This document shows positions 13,621-25,719 of a DNA stretch of 64,000 nucleotides, piece by piece. Both the position numbers and the translations under genes were made by a program. The first letter of the stretch is position 1. Each line of letters begins with the position of its first letter. Source of the DNA: Podarcis cretensis (Eukaryota); the NCBI GenBank assembly GCA_951804945.1, contig OX638152.1, positions 66,216,001-66,280,000 of the forward strand, in the 5' to 3' direction. The notes beneath the pieces were generated by a model that made no database searches, was not told the origin of the DNA, and saw nothing but the letters and a program-made list of their open reading frames with translations.

Positions 13621-14099
13621 TAATAATTATGTTTTGTAAAAAGCAGAAATGTAGTACGTAATGCTTCTGTAGGTTTATCATAGATGAACATACATTGTTA
13701 CTTTTTATTCAGAGTCAGGCCACTGGCATATCTCTAAACCGCTCTTGGTTTCCTGGAAGTCTCATGTACAGATCTTTTCATTATCCATCTCCCGTGATCC
13801 ATTATCATTTCAATACTTTGGGGTTTAAAATGCAGACATCTGTATGCAAGACATGTCCTCTGCCATTGATCTAAGTCCAGCATTATTAAGCATGTCACAC
13901 ATTATGTAGAACGTGTTAAACCTCAGGTGCCTATAGTTACTGCCCTTTAAAATGACATACATGCTAAATGCTAACTATATGTCCTGACTTAGATCTGTTA
14001 GCTCTTTGACTTTTAACTACAATTCCATCCGTATGGATGGGATTTGTACTGCTTAGAGCATGTTTAAATCCCTTTTCCAGGTGGGTTTGCAGGGCCACC

Positions 14100-14248
14100 T
14101 GGGAATTGTCATAGCTCAGTAGTTGAGCATGTGCTTTGCATGTCAAATTTCCCAGATTCGATCTCAGCCACCTCTAGGTCTGTATAGACAATACTGAAGT
14201 AATTCGACTAGCGCTCTAAATTGCTAGAAGGCAGCTCTCTGTGTTCTT
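14100..14248 (+). mobile_element. Old tRNA-derived SINE fragment
   Basis: catagctcagtagttgagcatgtgctttgcatg...cccagattcgatctc (A/B-box-like), then tagacaatactga...aaggcagctc.ctgtgttc. Confidence 0.5.
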
Positions 14249-14499
14249 ACACCTTTCGGGGAACTGGTGGCACAAGCAAGGCTACATCCACTACAGTCCG
14301 GCACACCCACATGGGAAGATGAGTGGAACCACAACCATTCAGGAAAAAATAGCCCACACAGACACAAAACCCTAGCAGAAAGCTTTGGTGCTATATTTTA
14401 GGGAAATACTGTCCACTCACATTTTCTGGAGTCTGGAAAGTTGTCTGTGATGGAATGAATAAGGTGTGTTTTTTTGGTGGCTTATGTGTGTTTAATTAG

Positions 14500-14655
<156 letters not shown>

Positions 14656-14885
14656 TAAGTTTATCAAATGCATCTCTAAATTAAAGGTGTCCTAGACGAG
14701 AAAAGCTTGATGATGTGGTCCTAATGTCAAATGTAATTGTTCATTATAAATTCTGTTCAAAATTATGATCCTCTTCAGATTTGGGAGCAGCCAATTGGTA
14801 TGCATGGGATCTGCCTACCAGTTGTAACCTTTCTGTATAGGATCATGGTTAATAGGGCTGTAATAATCCTACACAGTCTCTAACA

Positions 14886-15024
14886 CATCCTTTTCCAACT
14901 TGGGTCCCCATATGTTGCTACAACTACAACACCCCTCATCTCTGACTACTGGCTTGCTAGCTAGGGATGATGGGAATTGTAGTCCAACACCATCTGGGGA
15001 CCCAAAGTTGGTTGGGAAAGGCTA
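14886..15024. mobile_element. Degenerate hAT-type fold-back MITE (related to 20565-20700)
   Basis: ccaacttgggtcccca...actacaa...gggatgatgggaattgtagtccaac...ggggacccaaagttgg. Confidence 0.6.
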
Positions 15025-15386
15025 CACTAACAAAAGCAGAGTTAAAAGATACTTACTCTGTTACATGTATGGCAATTGTCTTTAATCAGATGGTATGAAA
15101 TTGCTGACAGTGGTGACTTGCCATTGCATTTTCATTACATAGATGAACCATATTAAAGAAATCCATATTGGAAGATTCTAACAGCAGTGATTCAGAAATA
15201 TGACTTGGAGACATTGCCTTATGTGGCCAGCCCAAGATTTATACCTTATTTGAGCCTCACATGTCTGTAGAATGGGGAGATATTTCTTCTGTGCTATATA
15301 TTGATGCAATCTCAGTTAGCTTAGCACTTTCAGTTTTGGAAAGCAAAGGATAATAAACAACATAATCATTTTCTTTTTCTTTTCAG

Positions 15387-15440
15387 AGAATAGATGAAAT
15401 AATGAAAAGGACAAGAAAAAGCGAAACACCAGAAATCAAG
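15387..15440 (+). CDS. MAP7D2: MAP7D2 coding exon (RIDEIMKRTRKSETPEIK)
   Basis: ttttcag| ... AAG|gtgtgg; conserved RIDEIMKRTRKS. Confidence 0.93.
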
Positions 15441-16666
15441 GTGTGGAACAGAATTCCCTTCCTTTCCTTGGAAGTGTAGAATTATGTAGTTTAACATACA
15501 ATAAATGCCATTGCCCCAGAAATCTGAAGATTAATCTTCATTTGTAATATAAGTGGCCACTTTGGGCCCTCTTTGAAGGGTCACAATGGTTTCTCTCTCA
15601 TATAAACAGCAGAAGAAACCAAATATGTGCAAACATGGGGCAACATAATGGCAAATACTACCTTTCTTAATGCCTCTAAGGGGGAGAGATGAAAACAAGT
15701 GTATTGTGCCTTCTATCTTAGTTCCAAAGTACACAGTTCATGCAGCATTTACCTCCGCTGCTACATGGAGGAAAGCAACTTAGAGAGGGCATTTTGGGAA
15801 GGTAAACAGCAGGAACAGAAGTATTTGAGCTGTTCCCTCCTCCCATTCTGCTTTTTCTCAGCTGCAGCCACTTGTGGCTACTTTTCAGTAACACAGACAG
15901 AACAGGGCAGGAAGAAACGCATAACTGGACGTAACATGTAGTTTGACTCTTAATCGCTTACTGCTCCTACTTTATTCTACGTACTTGGTTAAATGATAGG
16001 CTCTTCAAGAGTAATGGTCAAAGACCAAAGCAATTAGTACTACTGTGCAAATAACTGAAGAGCTGGCTGGGGTACATTTTGCTTGTTATCCTCGCAAGCC
16101 TGAATGGTGAAGAGAGGAACTACCTGGATCAAATGGCTGTTGCTTCCGCAGTTATTAGTCCAAGCGACATGAGAGAGAAAAAACAGGGGCTGTAGCTATT
16201 TTAAACCCTTGTCACCTCCTCCCTTCCCACAGAGTACCTTGATTGAGCTTTGCTTGAAAAAAATAAAAATTGTCAGAGAATCTGGCATGTGGGCAGGGCA
16301 TCTCTGATCTGCATAGATACCAACCTGCAGTGCCCGTAGTAAAGATCTGAGGTTCCCAGGGAACTAGTGTTGGTACAAGGGCTTAGAGACTGCTTACCTT
16401 TCCCACCCTGGAGCAGATAATGCAGACATGATATAAGGATCTTGCTGGAAGTTCTCACCCATCTCCTTCTGCAGCCATTGTTTTCCCTTTGTCTGCTTCC
16501 GTCATGTTTATAGAGAATGCTACAATAAGAGATTAAGAATGTTTTGTTACAAGCTGTGTGGGGTATATATAAAACATTTTGAGCAAAGTAGAGCTGGTAA
16601 GATATAAATGTTCAGCTGCGCCTCTGGAAAGGTCTGCAGTTAGTGAATTTTACGTGTTTGATACAG

Positions 16667-16745
16667 AAGGAAGACATTCAGCTGGATGTGCCATCATCTT
16701 TGAATCTGGACAAACAGCCAAAGCCACCTGCTATCAATCAAGCAG
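16667..16745 (+). CDS. MAP7D2: MAP7D2 coding exon (KEDIQLDVPSSLNLDKQPKPPAINQA)
   Basis: atacag| (cagAAG tandem acceptor) ... G|gtaaaa; supplies the phase 0 to 1 change needed between the flanking exons. Confidence 0.85.
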
Positions 16746-17217
16746 GTAAAAAACAACACTGTATTGATATTAAATTATGTATTGATTGCCTTCCAAAATC
16801 CATGCTTCAATGAAACTTGCTAGATTGTTCCTATTTTTGGCAATACTTCCTGAAAGTTCAAGCGTTTGGCCTGCCCATAGTATTATTCTGGCAGACACGT
16901 AGTCAGTTTGGCCTGCTTCTCATGTGTGTTTGCTAGTTTTGCTATTCACATTGCTTTACTTCTTCTTAATATTAAACCTCATAAGTTAGCTTGAGTGGGC
17001 GTGCCACTCACACTATAAAGAGCTCATAACCCACCCACTCTCAGTAGCCAGAAACATCGTACCCAGACACTGGAGGGACTTGTCAGGAATAAACATGGAT
17101 CACTGGTATCAAGTGGTATGGGAGACAGCCTTACTAGAAAAGTTAACCAATAGGCAGAAACTGACGTGGGGTGGAATAGAAGAGAATGACTTCACTCTGG
17201 AATGGCTTTATCACATA

Positions 17218-17819
17218 CCGTATTTTTCGTCCTATAGGGCGCACCGGCCCATAGGACGCACCTCGGTTTTTTTTTGGGGGGGGAATGAATTTTAAAAAAT
17301 TATTTCCCCCCCCAGCCACGGCTGCCTCCCCAAGCCTTGCGCACACCTGCCCGAAGCACGGGGAGCCCTCCGGAGGGCGCTCCGTGCTTGGGGCGACAGG
17401 CTGCCGCCCCAAGCCTCACGCGCTTGGCGGGACCTCCCACCGGGCGCGCAAGGCTTGCGGACACTCGCCCGAAGCACGGGGAGCCCTCCAGAGGGCGCTC
17501 CGTGCTTGGGGCGACAGGCTGACGCCACAAGCCTCGCGCGCTCGGCGGGACCTCCCACCGGGCGCACAAGGCTTGTGGACACTCGCCGGGGCTGCAGGCT
17601 GCTGCCCGCAAGCCTTGTGAGCCCGCGGGAACTCCCGCTGGGCTCGCAAGGCTTGTGGATAGCTTCCTGAAGCCTGGAGAGCGAGAGAGGTCGGTGCGCA
17701 CTGATGCCTCTTGCTCTCCAGGCTTCAGCGAAAGCCTGCATTTGCCCCATAGGACGCACACACATTTCCCCTTCATTTTTGGAGGGGAAAAAGTGCGTCC
17801 TATGGGGCGAAAAATACGG
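17218..17819 (+). mobile_element. Tc2/pogo-like MITE with internal GC-rich hairpin array (copy 1)
   Basis: TA-CCGTATTTTTCG ... CGAAAAATACGG-TA; subterminal CCCATAGGACGCAC repeats; internal 118-bp tandem unit made of hairpins. Confidence 0.85.
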
Positions 17820-19321
17820 TACACAGCCCAAAAGGACAACAACACGAATCCACTGATGGCATATGATTCAATATGGCTAACTTATCCAAGCAACACTACC
17901 CTCTTCACACATGAACAAATGAATCCCACTGCAGCCCAAGCAAAGACAATCAAGCGCACTCTAGGCCACCCCAACCTCTCTCACCACCAAGGAAACATAA
18001 CAAGTGAATGGAAAGAGAACCCAGCCAAGTGATGCTGACAGAAAACCCCCACGCATACACTAAGTAAAAGAACATAAGCTGTCCCACCCTGTCCCCTCGC
18101 CCCCCTCCCCCCTTTTCTTCCCAACCCTATACTGCATATAACACCAATGTCTCACGACAAATGTACCGTAACTGATCTGTGGAAAACACAACCTGAAGAA
18201 AGAGACAATGCATGTGCTTTTGTAAATGAGGAAAATCTGCAATTTAAAAAAATGTTTTTTAAAAAAAGTTACTTTGAGTGAGCATGTGCCTAGAAATGCA
18301 AAACATAAATTTCAGTGCCCGGAAAGGCAAGAAATAAACATTTAGCACTACCCTCATCTCCAAACACCTTCAGTATAGTGAACATGGAAGCAGTTCTAGA
18401 TTTGTGAGGTTCACCGCTACCAGTCATCGTAGAATAAACAGCAGGCAGTACTGGGCTAAGTATGACAGACAAAACAGACTCTGTATCAGGTAGCCTCTTA
18501 TGTTCCTATTCAAACAAAGGCAGTATCTCCTAGTTCAGCCATAGTATTTTATGTGCCATGAGCAAGGTGCATGGTGGAGGCTCTCTCTCATTTTAGTAAA
18601 ACTCCACTTCAGGAGATGAGTATTGAACAGGCCCTGTGGAGGTATACATGATTCTGGGCTCATATCTTAAAGCCTACTTACACATTAAACCTGCCATATA
18701 AGCAAAGGCTGTCTATGTGAGCTTCTGTCTCCTGAGAATTCTGAAGCCTTCTCCACTCAGACACCAAAGACTACAGGGGATAGAAATAATACACAACTGC
18801 TCTCTATCCTTTTCCAACCATTGATTGTTTCCCCCACTTTTATTCTTAGTGACTATTTTTCTACAAGTTCCCATGTTGAAAGTGGGGGCAGGGGAATGGG
18901 AAAATAAGCTACTAGACATGGCAGATAGTCAGCAAAGTTGTACCTGGAGTAGACCCATTGGAATTATTGGACTTAATTCTATTGATTTCACTGGGTTTAC
19001 TCTGAGTATCTTAGCTGTCTATAACCCAATAATGAGGAGAGCAGTTGGCTGCCACCTTTACTAAATGTGATTTCCTCTTTCCCCCTGCCTATTGGTGGAG
19101 AACTTTCAGAGCTCTCACATACTGAATTGCAACATCTCAGGCTTCCCATGTGGAACTTCAAGCTTGCATATTTTCATCTTTCTGGCAATAATATTTAATT
19201 GCATTTCCTAGAGAACAAATCCTGCATTAAGGGTAGGAATAAATATGTGGCTTGCTTTCACCAATGACTTCTTGTCTTGTTGCTTTTACAATCACATTTC
19301 CTCATGACATCCTTTTCATAG

Positions 19322-19508
19322 AAATGAATGGACTAACAAGCTGCAAAGATGATAAAGGCCTGGGATGTGCTGTGTCTGACTCTTTCCCTCATGATGTATT
19401 TTCTAATGGACTTAAGCCACTTATGGGCCTTATTCAGCTGAACCCAATGGATGGGAAATCAAATAGCATTGATGATTCAACAGATGAAGTTCAGTCTATG
19501 GATGTGAG
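19322..19508 (+). CDS. MAP7D2: MAP7D2 coding exon (EMNGLTSCKDDK...FSNGLKP...DGKSNSIDDSTDEVQSMDV)
   Basis: ttcatag| ... AG|gtacat; phase 1 to 2. Confidence 0.93.
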
Positions 19509-20015
19509 GTACATAACCATTTAAAAATAATCTTAGTCAGGATCCAAAGAACCACACAATTTGTTACATGTGCCTGCTGCTGCTTTAGATTTGTGTTTTT
19601 GTATGATATGGTTCAGGGATATGCTTCTCAAAAAAATACTATTATTTTAAATCTTGCTGAATTTGCACAAATAAATACCTAAAGTAATTTGTATCCTGGC
19701 CCTAATAATTTGAAAGTTTCATTTATCCTTTAATGAAACATGCTGTGTTCTATGTTACTTCCAATTCTTTTGTCATTCCTTCCCTTCCACGGGCATCTGT
19801 GAACCAATATTTGATGCTCTTAACTATGGTGTACAAAGGAGCAAAATGCATTCTGCAGCCTGATCCTATGCATGTTTACTCAGAAGCAATTCCTACTGTG
19901 TCAAATAGTGCTTTCTTCAAGGTAAGTTGTCTAGGGTTGCAACCTTGAGTTATTTGCCATTCATTATCTGCCTACTGTAAAATAGATGAGCTGAAATCAC
20001 ACTTTTATCATCTGA

Positions 20016-20342
<327 letters not shown>

Positions 20343-20564
20343 CAAACACACTACTACTTAGCAATAAGGTACTATATTCTAGTAATAAGTACAATTGTTT
20401 AGCTACCTGTTACAGGCAGTGTTTGTGTTGCCTTCTGACTGTCACACAACTGAAAAGAAAACCAGGACTTATGAGCCCTCTTCAGAAGTATTGTTTGTGC
20501 TTTTAGTGAGCATGTGAGTGGGGAGCAGGGCTGACGTGGATAATGCTGGTCTGTCCCTCTGTAT

Positions 20565-20700
20565 CAGGGTTTCCCAAACTTGGCTGTCCAGCTGTTTTTG
20601 GACTACAACTCTCACCATCCCTAGCTATCAGGACCGGTAGTCAGGGATGATGGGAACTGTAGTCCAAAAACAGCTGGAGACCAAAGTTTGGGGAACCCTT
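20565..20700. mobile_element. hAT-type fold-back MITE
   Basis: Whole element is a long imperfect palindrome (CAGGGTTTCCCAAACTT ... AAGTTTGGGGAACCCT); 8-bp TSD CTCTGTAT/CTCTATAT with 1 mismatch. Confidence 0.8.
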
Positions 20701-20866
20701 CTCTATATGCACAGTGTCCCTTTTATTTGTTCGGCCGAACACATTGGTATCATGGGCTGTGGCCAGAGGGAGATGTCAGGAGCATTGCTAGACAGGTCAG
20801 CCTCATTCATGGGTTCACTGAACATGTGAACAGCACTTTGGAAGAGGGCAATGGTTTTTTGTCGTG

Positions 20867-20903
20867 TGTTTGTTTGTTTGTTTGTTTGTTTGTTTGTTTG
20901 TTT
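20867..20903. repeat. (GTTT)n microsatellite
   Basis: About 9 tandem GTTT units. Confidence 0.9.
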
Positions 20904-21229
20904 AAAACCATCTAATGTGCTCAGAGCTGTTGGGTGTTGGATAATGGTTTACTGTTCCATTCCTGAATTTTGTTTAGTAGATAGCATGAGTATAATTTGG
21001 AGGCCACACCCAGAAGGCTAATGGGTCTAAAATTATGAGGGTCTGAGGGGTCTCCTTTCTTGAAGATTGGCACAATGTTATGCATTTAAGCCTTGAGAGG
21101 TTGAAAGTGAAGACCAGAACAATTAAATGCAGTATAATAATCTGAAAATCAGAACAATTTAACATAATAATCTGCAAATAAAACATTGGATTTACGTAAA
21201 CTAACTCAGTCTATTTTTCCGATTGACAG

Positions 21230-22940
21230 ATGGCGTTATTTGGGAGAATATAGACACTTCCAACGCTGCTGTTGGTCAAACAAGAGCTCGTCATTTTAAG
21301 AAGCTGCTGCAGTCCTCAACATTGGATATCATGTTCCTCTGCACTGAATTTACTGTCTTCCCATGTGCATTGATGAGCAAGTAGTCATTTTGGTCAGGAG
21401 TGGAAACTTCAGTTTGAGTGGTTTCAGGGAATATTTGTGGGAGCTTTTTTATAATTGAGCTTTTAGCTGCTAAGAAAACATGGTTATTAAACATATACGT
21501 ATATATATATATATAAATAAATATATTATCAGTGGGCTCCCAAGTGAGTCAGTAAAATTTATTTTAAAACCATTCTTTTAATTTTGTCATTGAGCTATCA
21601 GGATTGTGTGTGTGTGTACGTAAAAATGCACATTAAAATGAAATGGCTGTTCCTGTGTTTGCCTTTCAGTTTGTTTGTGTTTTTTTCCTCTTGGGAAAAA
21701 GTCATTTTTTAAATGCCATTTATTATAGGTGTCTTATTGCAAATCAATAACTGAGAAGGCTTGGAAAAAATATGCAACTGCTGGAATCCAATAGATTTTC
21801 TTGCAGACAGTGGAACATTTGAATTACCACTCATTAAAATATGGCACATAACAATTTTATTTGTAGTACTTTCTGATCTGTCGGTAACTGAGTTGGCACT
21901 GAATTGGAGCTACCACTAATATAGTGCTAAAATGAAATTAGCAAAAGCTTATCACACTGTATTTAATTTTAACTGTGGGGGAAAGTTTTATCATTACATG
22001 TATTATATTATTGTAGAAGTAACTGTATCATGGGGTCCAGGATGATGATATGTTAATGTTCAAGATTCAGTGTCTGTTATCAATACCAGGTGGTTTTCAT
22101 TCATGGGATTCTCTAATATCCAACAACTCAGCTTCATATAATCAACAGCAAACAGTATATATACGTGGGCAACAAGATATTATAAGGTACATAACCACAA
22201 GTGCTGAAAGTTGTACTCCTGCAACACTATAGTCTTATCAGCCTCTCTCACTCTGCAATTGTATATGAAGAAAGCTCTTGTTGAGAACGCGTAGATGTTC
22301 TGTATAATGTATGAAGGGCATAATTCAGCCTAGTTAAGCATTTTGAGATCCGTTAATTCCAAAGGGCAAGTCAAGCACTTAAATTTCTCTTGAATTTGAA
22401 ATCGATCAACCTTAAGAATGTTTAGTTTAGCCTGGATTGTGCACAAGGAATTTCAACTTTTGGTGAACTCTTCTTACCTTTTATGCTGTATTCTATGCTG
22501 CCTAGAGGACAACTCTGTCCCGTTCTTTACAACAACAAAAAAGACAATTCTGTTGGAGCTAAAGAAATGGGAAACTTTTATATGTTGGGGGTGTTGTAAT
22601 GTAGCTTTGTTCTCGTGACTCTAAAAATGGGCACGTATTGAGAAATTTAAGTAGTTATTGAAGCTATGTGATAATATACCCAAATGCTTACAATATTTAT
22701 GTTGATGTCATTCAGCAAAAAATACTTCCTTGGTGACTGTGCAGTATGTGGTAGCATGGTATGGTGTTCTTCCAAGTTAATTCTGCAGTTTTCCTCATAA
22801 ACAATAAAGAACTTAATCATATTGTGGTGGTGGTTAATGTATTTAGTTATGACAGATTAATGACACAGCATTTTCTGCAGGTAAAATGTATTTGTATTCA
22901 GGTGTTGAAACACTTAATAAACAGTTTCTCCAAAGATGCA
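21230..22940 (+). other. MAP7D2: MAP7D2 terminal non-coding (3'UTR) exon
   Basis: ctaac branch-like site at 21201 and gacag| acceptor at 21229; AU-rich with no obvious repeats; AATAAA at 22803, 22916 and 23002. The 3' end is approximate. Confidence 0.6.
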
Positions 22941-23403
22941 AGGGAAAAGGTTTGACATAAAACTCTTTTACATGAAATACCAAGAATGCAAGGTTTACTA
23001 CAATAAAAATTGATAGTTTCTATAAATCAAAAGCAACTTAACACATGAAAGCCAAATGCAAGCACAACTGATTCTTAAATAGACTACATTGTCCGAGTCT
23101 GTAGCAGATTTTTAAAAACACAAATTATTTTTAATTCAGAAAGTTACAAAAATTGCTTGTGGCAGCAGATATCATTTTTTAGAAAGGTATTTCTCAAACT
23201 TTTACACACAAGGAGGAATCCTAAGATAAGGCCTGCTGTGATTCATGCATTTTTATAAAAAACACTCTTATTGTTCAGACAGTTTCATTATTGAATAACT
23301 TTTTCCTCACTTAAAAAAGTTTTATAGAGATACGACAGTGTACATGTGGTGATTCTGATCTTGCACAACAGCCTTGGATATGACCTTCTGAAGCTACATT
23401 ATA

Positions 23404-23637
23404 CAGTGGTACTTCGGGTTACATATGTTTCAGGTTACATACGCTTCAGGTTACAGACTCTGCTAACCCAGAAATAGTACCTCGGGTTAAGAACTTTGCT
23501 TCAGGATGAGAACAGAAATCATGCGGCGGCGGCAGCGGGAGGCCCCTTTAGCTAAAGTGGTACCTCAGTTTAAGAACAGTTTCAGTTTAAGAACGGACCT
23601 CCAGAACGAATTAAGTACTTAACCCGAGGTACCACTG
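23404..23637 (-). mobile_element. Tc1/mariner-type MITE, family A copy 3 (opposite orientation, inserted in an old SINE)
   Basis: TA-flanked TIRs; interior is the reverse complement of copies 1 and 2. Confidence 0.87.
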
Positions 23638-24097
23638 TACTCAGTCAGACCACAATATTGGCCCATTTATTTCAGTCCGTATTGTCTACACACTAACTGG
23701 TAGTAGCTTTCCAGGGTTCCAGGCAGGGTTCTATTACTTACTCTACAGACACATTAATGAAGGATAAAGCTATCAATAGGTATGAGTTCTGGTGCACACA
23801 GTCGTGCAACAGCTTAGATTTTGGAGTCCTGAAGTCTGGCAATTCTCCCAAGTCTTCTCAGACAAAGACAAGTTCTTCTCAAAGTGTTTAGGTAACTCCA
23901 TAGTTCTGCAGCGACCCACCTTTTTCTGATAACAACTGATCCCAAACCAACACTGATAAGTAAGTCATGAGATTCAACAAGGTGCATCTCAGGAGTAAAT
24001 CAGCTCCTTCCTCACTAGTGGAGTTAGCTCATTATCTGCATTGCTTAATACGCCTTCCATTTTGCATTCAGAGGATATATAACTACCACACTTACTA

Positions 24098-24185
24098 CAT
24101 GTAATGAAGTGGGCTCTAGCCTATGAAGACTTATGCCATATCTACCGTAATTTGCTAATCTTTAAGATGCCACAAGTCTTTGCTG
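24098..24185 (+). mobile_element. Decayed Penelope-like element terminal fragment (hammerhead-ribozyme remnant)
   Basis: catgtaatgaagtgggctctagcctatgaagacttatgcc...aatttgctaatctttaagatgccacaag resembles the recalled reptile Penelope terminal motif CTGATGAAGTGGGC....GCCCACGAAAGCTTATG...TTAGTCT.TAAGGTGCCACA. Confidence 0.55.
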
Positions 24186-25265
24186 TGTTTGTTCCCTGGG
24201 TCTCATAATTCAGGATGTTGTGCCAACTGTGTATATGAGTTGCATGACACACATGTAATATTTTGAACAGTTATTTAGCCACAAAAAATAATCTAAATAT
24301 ACAAATCCAAAAGGACGTGAACAAGAAAAGTAAATACATGAGAATTAGCTCAGAGATTAGCCCATTAAAGGAAAGAGAAAAACTAAATTTGGAACAGCAT
24401 TGTAGACATAAATTGCATTATCTTGTGTAGGTGAAACCTTAGAGCACTTGTTTGGTATGTAGAACGTCCTATATTCAATTCCCAGCACCTCCAAGTGGGC
24501 TGGGAATGTCCCATCTGAAACCGTGTTTCAGGTTGCTACCACTCAGTGTGGTGGGGCTGAGCCATGTAGATTCAGTATAAGGCTGCTTTCTGTGTTCCTA
24601 TGCAACACCTTTGCACTGTGCCCAGATATTTTCCAAGTTTAACTACTATACTTTTCTTGTATCTATCTTATGACTTGTTCCAGTTCCTAAGTAGTTGAAC
24701 ACTTGTGAATTTGTGGTTCCCAGCCCATATGCTAGCTATTGGATATATAGGTTATAGATAATACATTGATTTTGCAGTCCCATTTGTACATTAGGGAAAG
24801 TGAGATTTATTATTCCCATGTGAACAATTTTAGGGAAACTAATTGAAATTATAGTTCAATGGTTTTTGGATAAAAGTCCTATTGAGTTTTGTGGGATTCA
24901 TTCCCATGCAAGTATGCGTAGCATTAAACTCTAATATTATTTTTAAAAAGATAAATACAGTGAAAGTTCTGAAATCCATAGCAAGCCAGTACCCTTTTGA
25001 TGTTGCTAAAGGGAAATGGAGAACTAAAAATGTTCTGAGACAAGTCTCCTTATCGATATAGCTGGGAAAGAGTACTTTATTTTTGCTCCCAAAATTAAGC
25101 AAGGATGAGAATGAGAGATCCCTGCTAAGCAAGGGAGGGCTGCTTCATCAGTCAATGCTCAGCTGTGGAGCAGGATCTGAACGCCAAGCCTGCCTTGGGC
25201 TATGTGACTGGAGTACCTTTTTGGCATGTATAAAAAGCGCATTTTCACTCGCCAGAGTAGCCAGG

Positions 25266-25412
25266 CAGCGTTTCCCCAACTTGGGTCTCCAGCTGTTTTT
25301 TTGGATTACAATTCCCATCACCCCTGACCACTGTTCCTGCTAGCTAGGGATGATGGGAGCTGTAGTCCAAAAAGCAGCTGGGGGGGGAAGACCCAGGTTT
25401 GGAGAAAAACAG
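25266..25412. mobile_element. hAT-type fold-back MITE (same family as 20565-20700)
   Basis: ccaacttgggtctccagctgtt...ggattacaattcccatc / gatgatgggagctgtagtccaaaa.cagctgg inverted arms. Confidence 0.7.
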
Positions 25413-25650
25413 CCTACCTCCACACACCTGCGATTAATCTACAGTCAGCCTCAGTAGTGCGCCATGTGGAGTTTAACGCCCTTTTTATGTTTATGTGTTT
25501 TACAGTCAAGTATTTCTAGGCCGCCTTTCCGGGTAAATACAATTTCGAGGCATTAAAAAAAAATAAAAATTACAAAGGCTGTCCCGAGCCCCACACCCAA
25601 AAGGCAGTCAGAAGAAACAATACTAAGGGAAGAAAGAAATGCACTGCTTC

Positions 25651-25689
25651 GTGTGTGTGTGTATACATATATGTGTGTGTGTGTGTGTG
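25651..25689. repeat. Compound (TG)n/(TA)n microsatellite upstream of the BCLAF3 promoter
   Basis: gtgtgtgtgtgtatacatatatgtgtgtgtgtgtgtgtg. Confidence 0.85.
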
Positions 25690-25719
25690 AAGAATGCCAG
25701 AATATACGGCTGCATCTCT

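Noticed and set aside
17349-17660. CRISPR-like appearance of repeated palindromes
   Set aside because: There are no unique spacers or cas genes, the context is a eukaryotic intron, and the units are tandem duplications inside TIRs.
17285-18032. Several overlapping 100-180 aa ORFs on both strands
   Set aside because: They come from the stop-poor, GC-rich repeat interior of a MITE and show no transposase motifs. The same applies to ORFs at 45097-45595.
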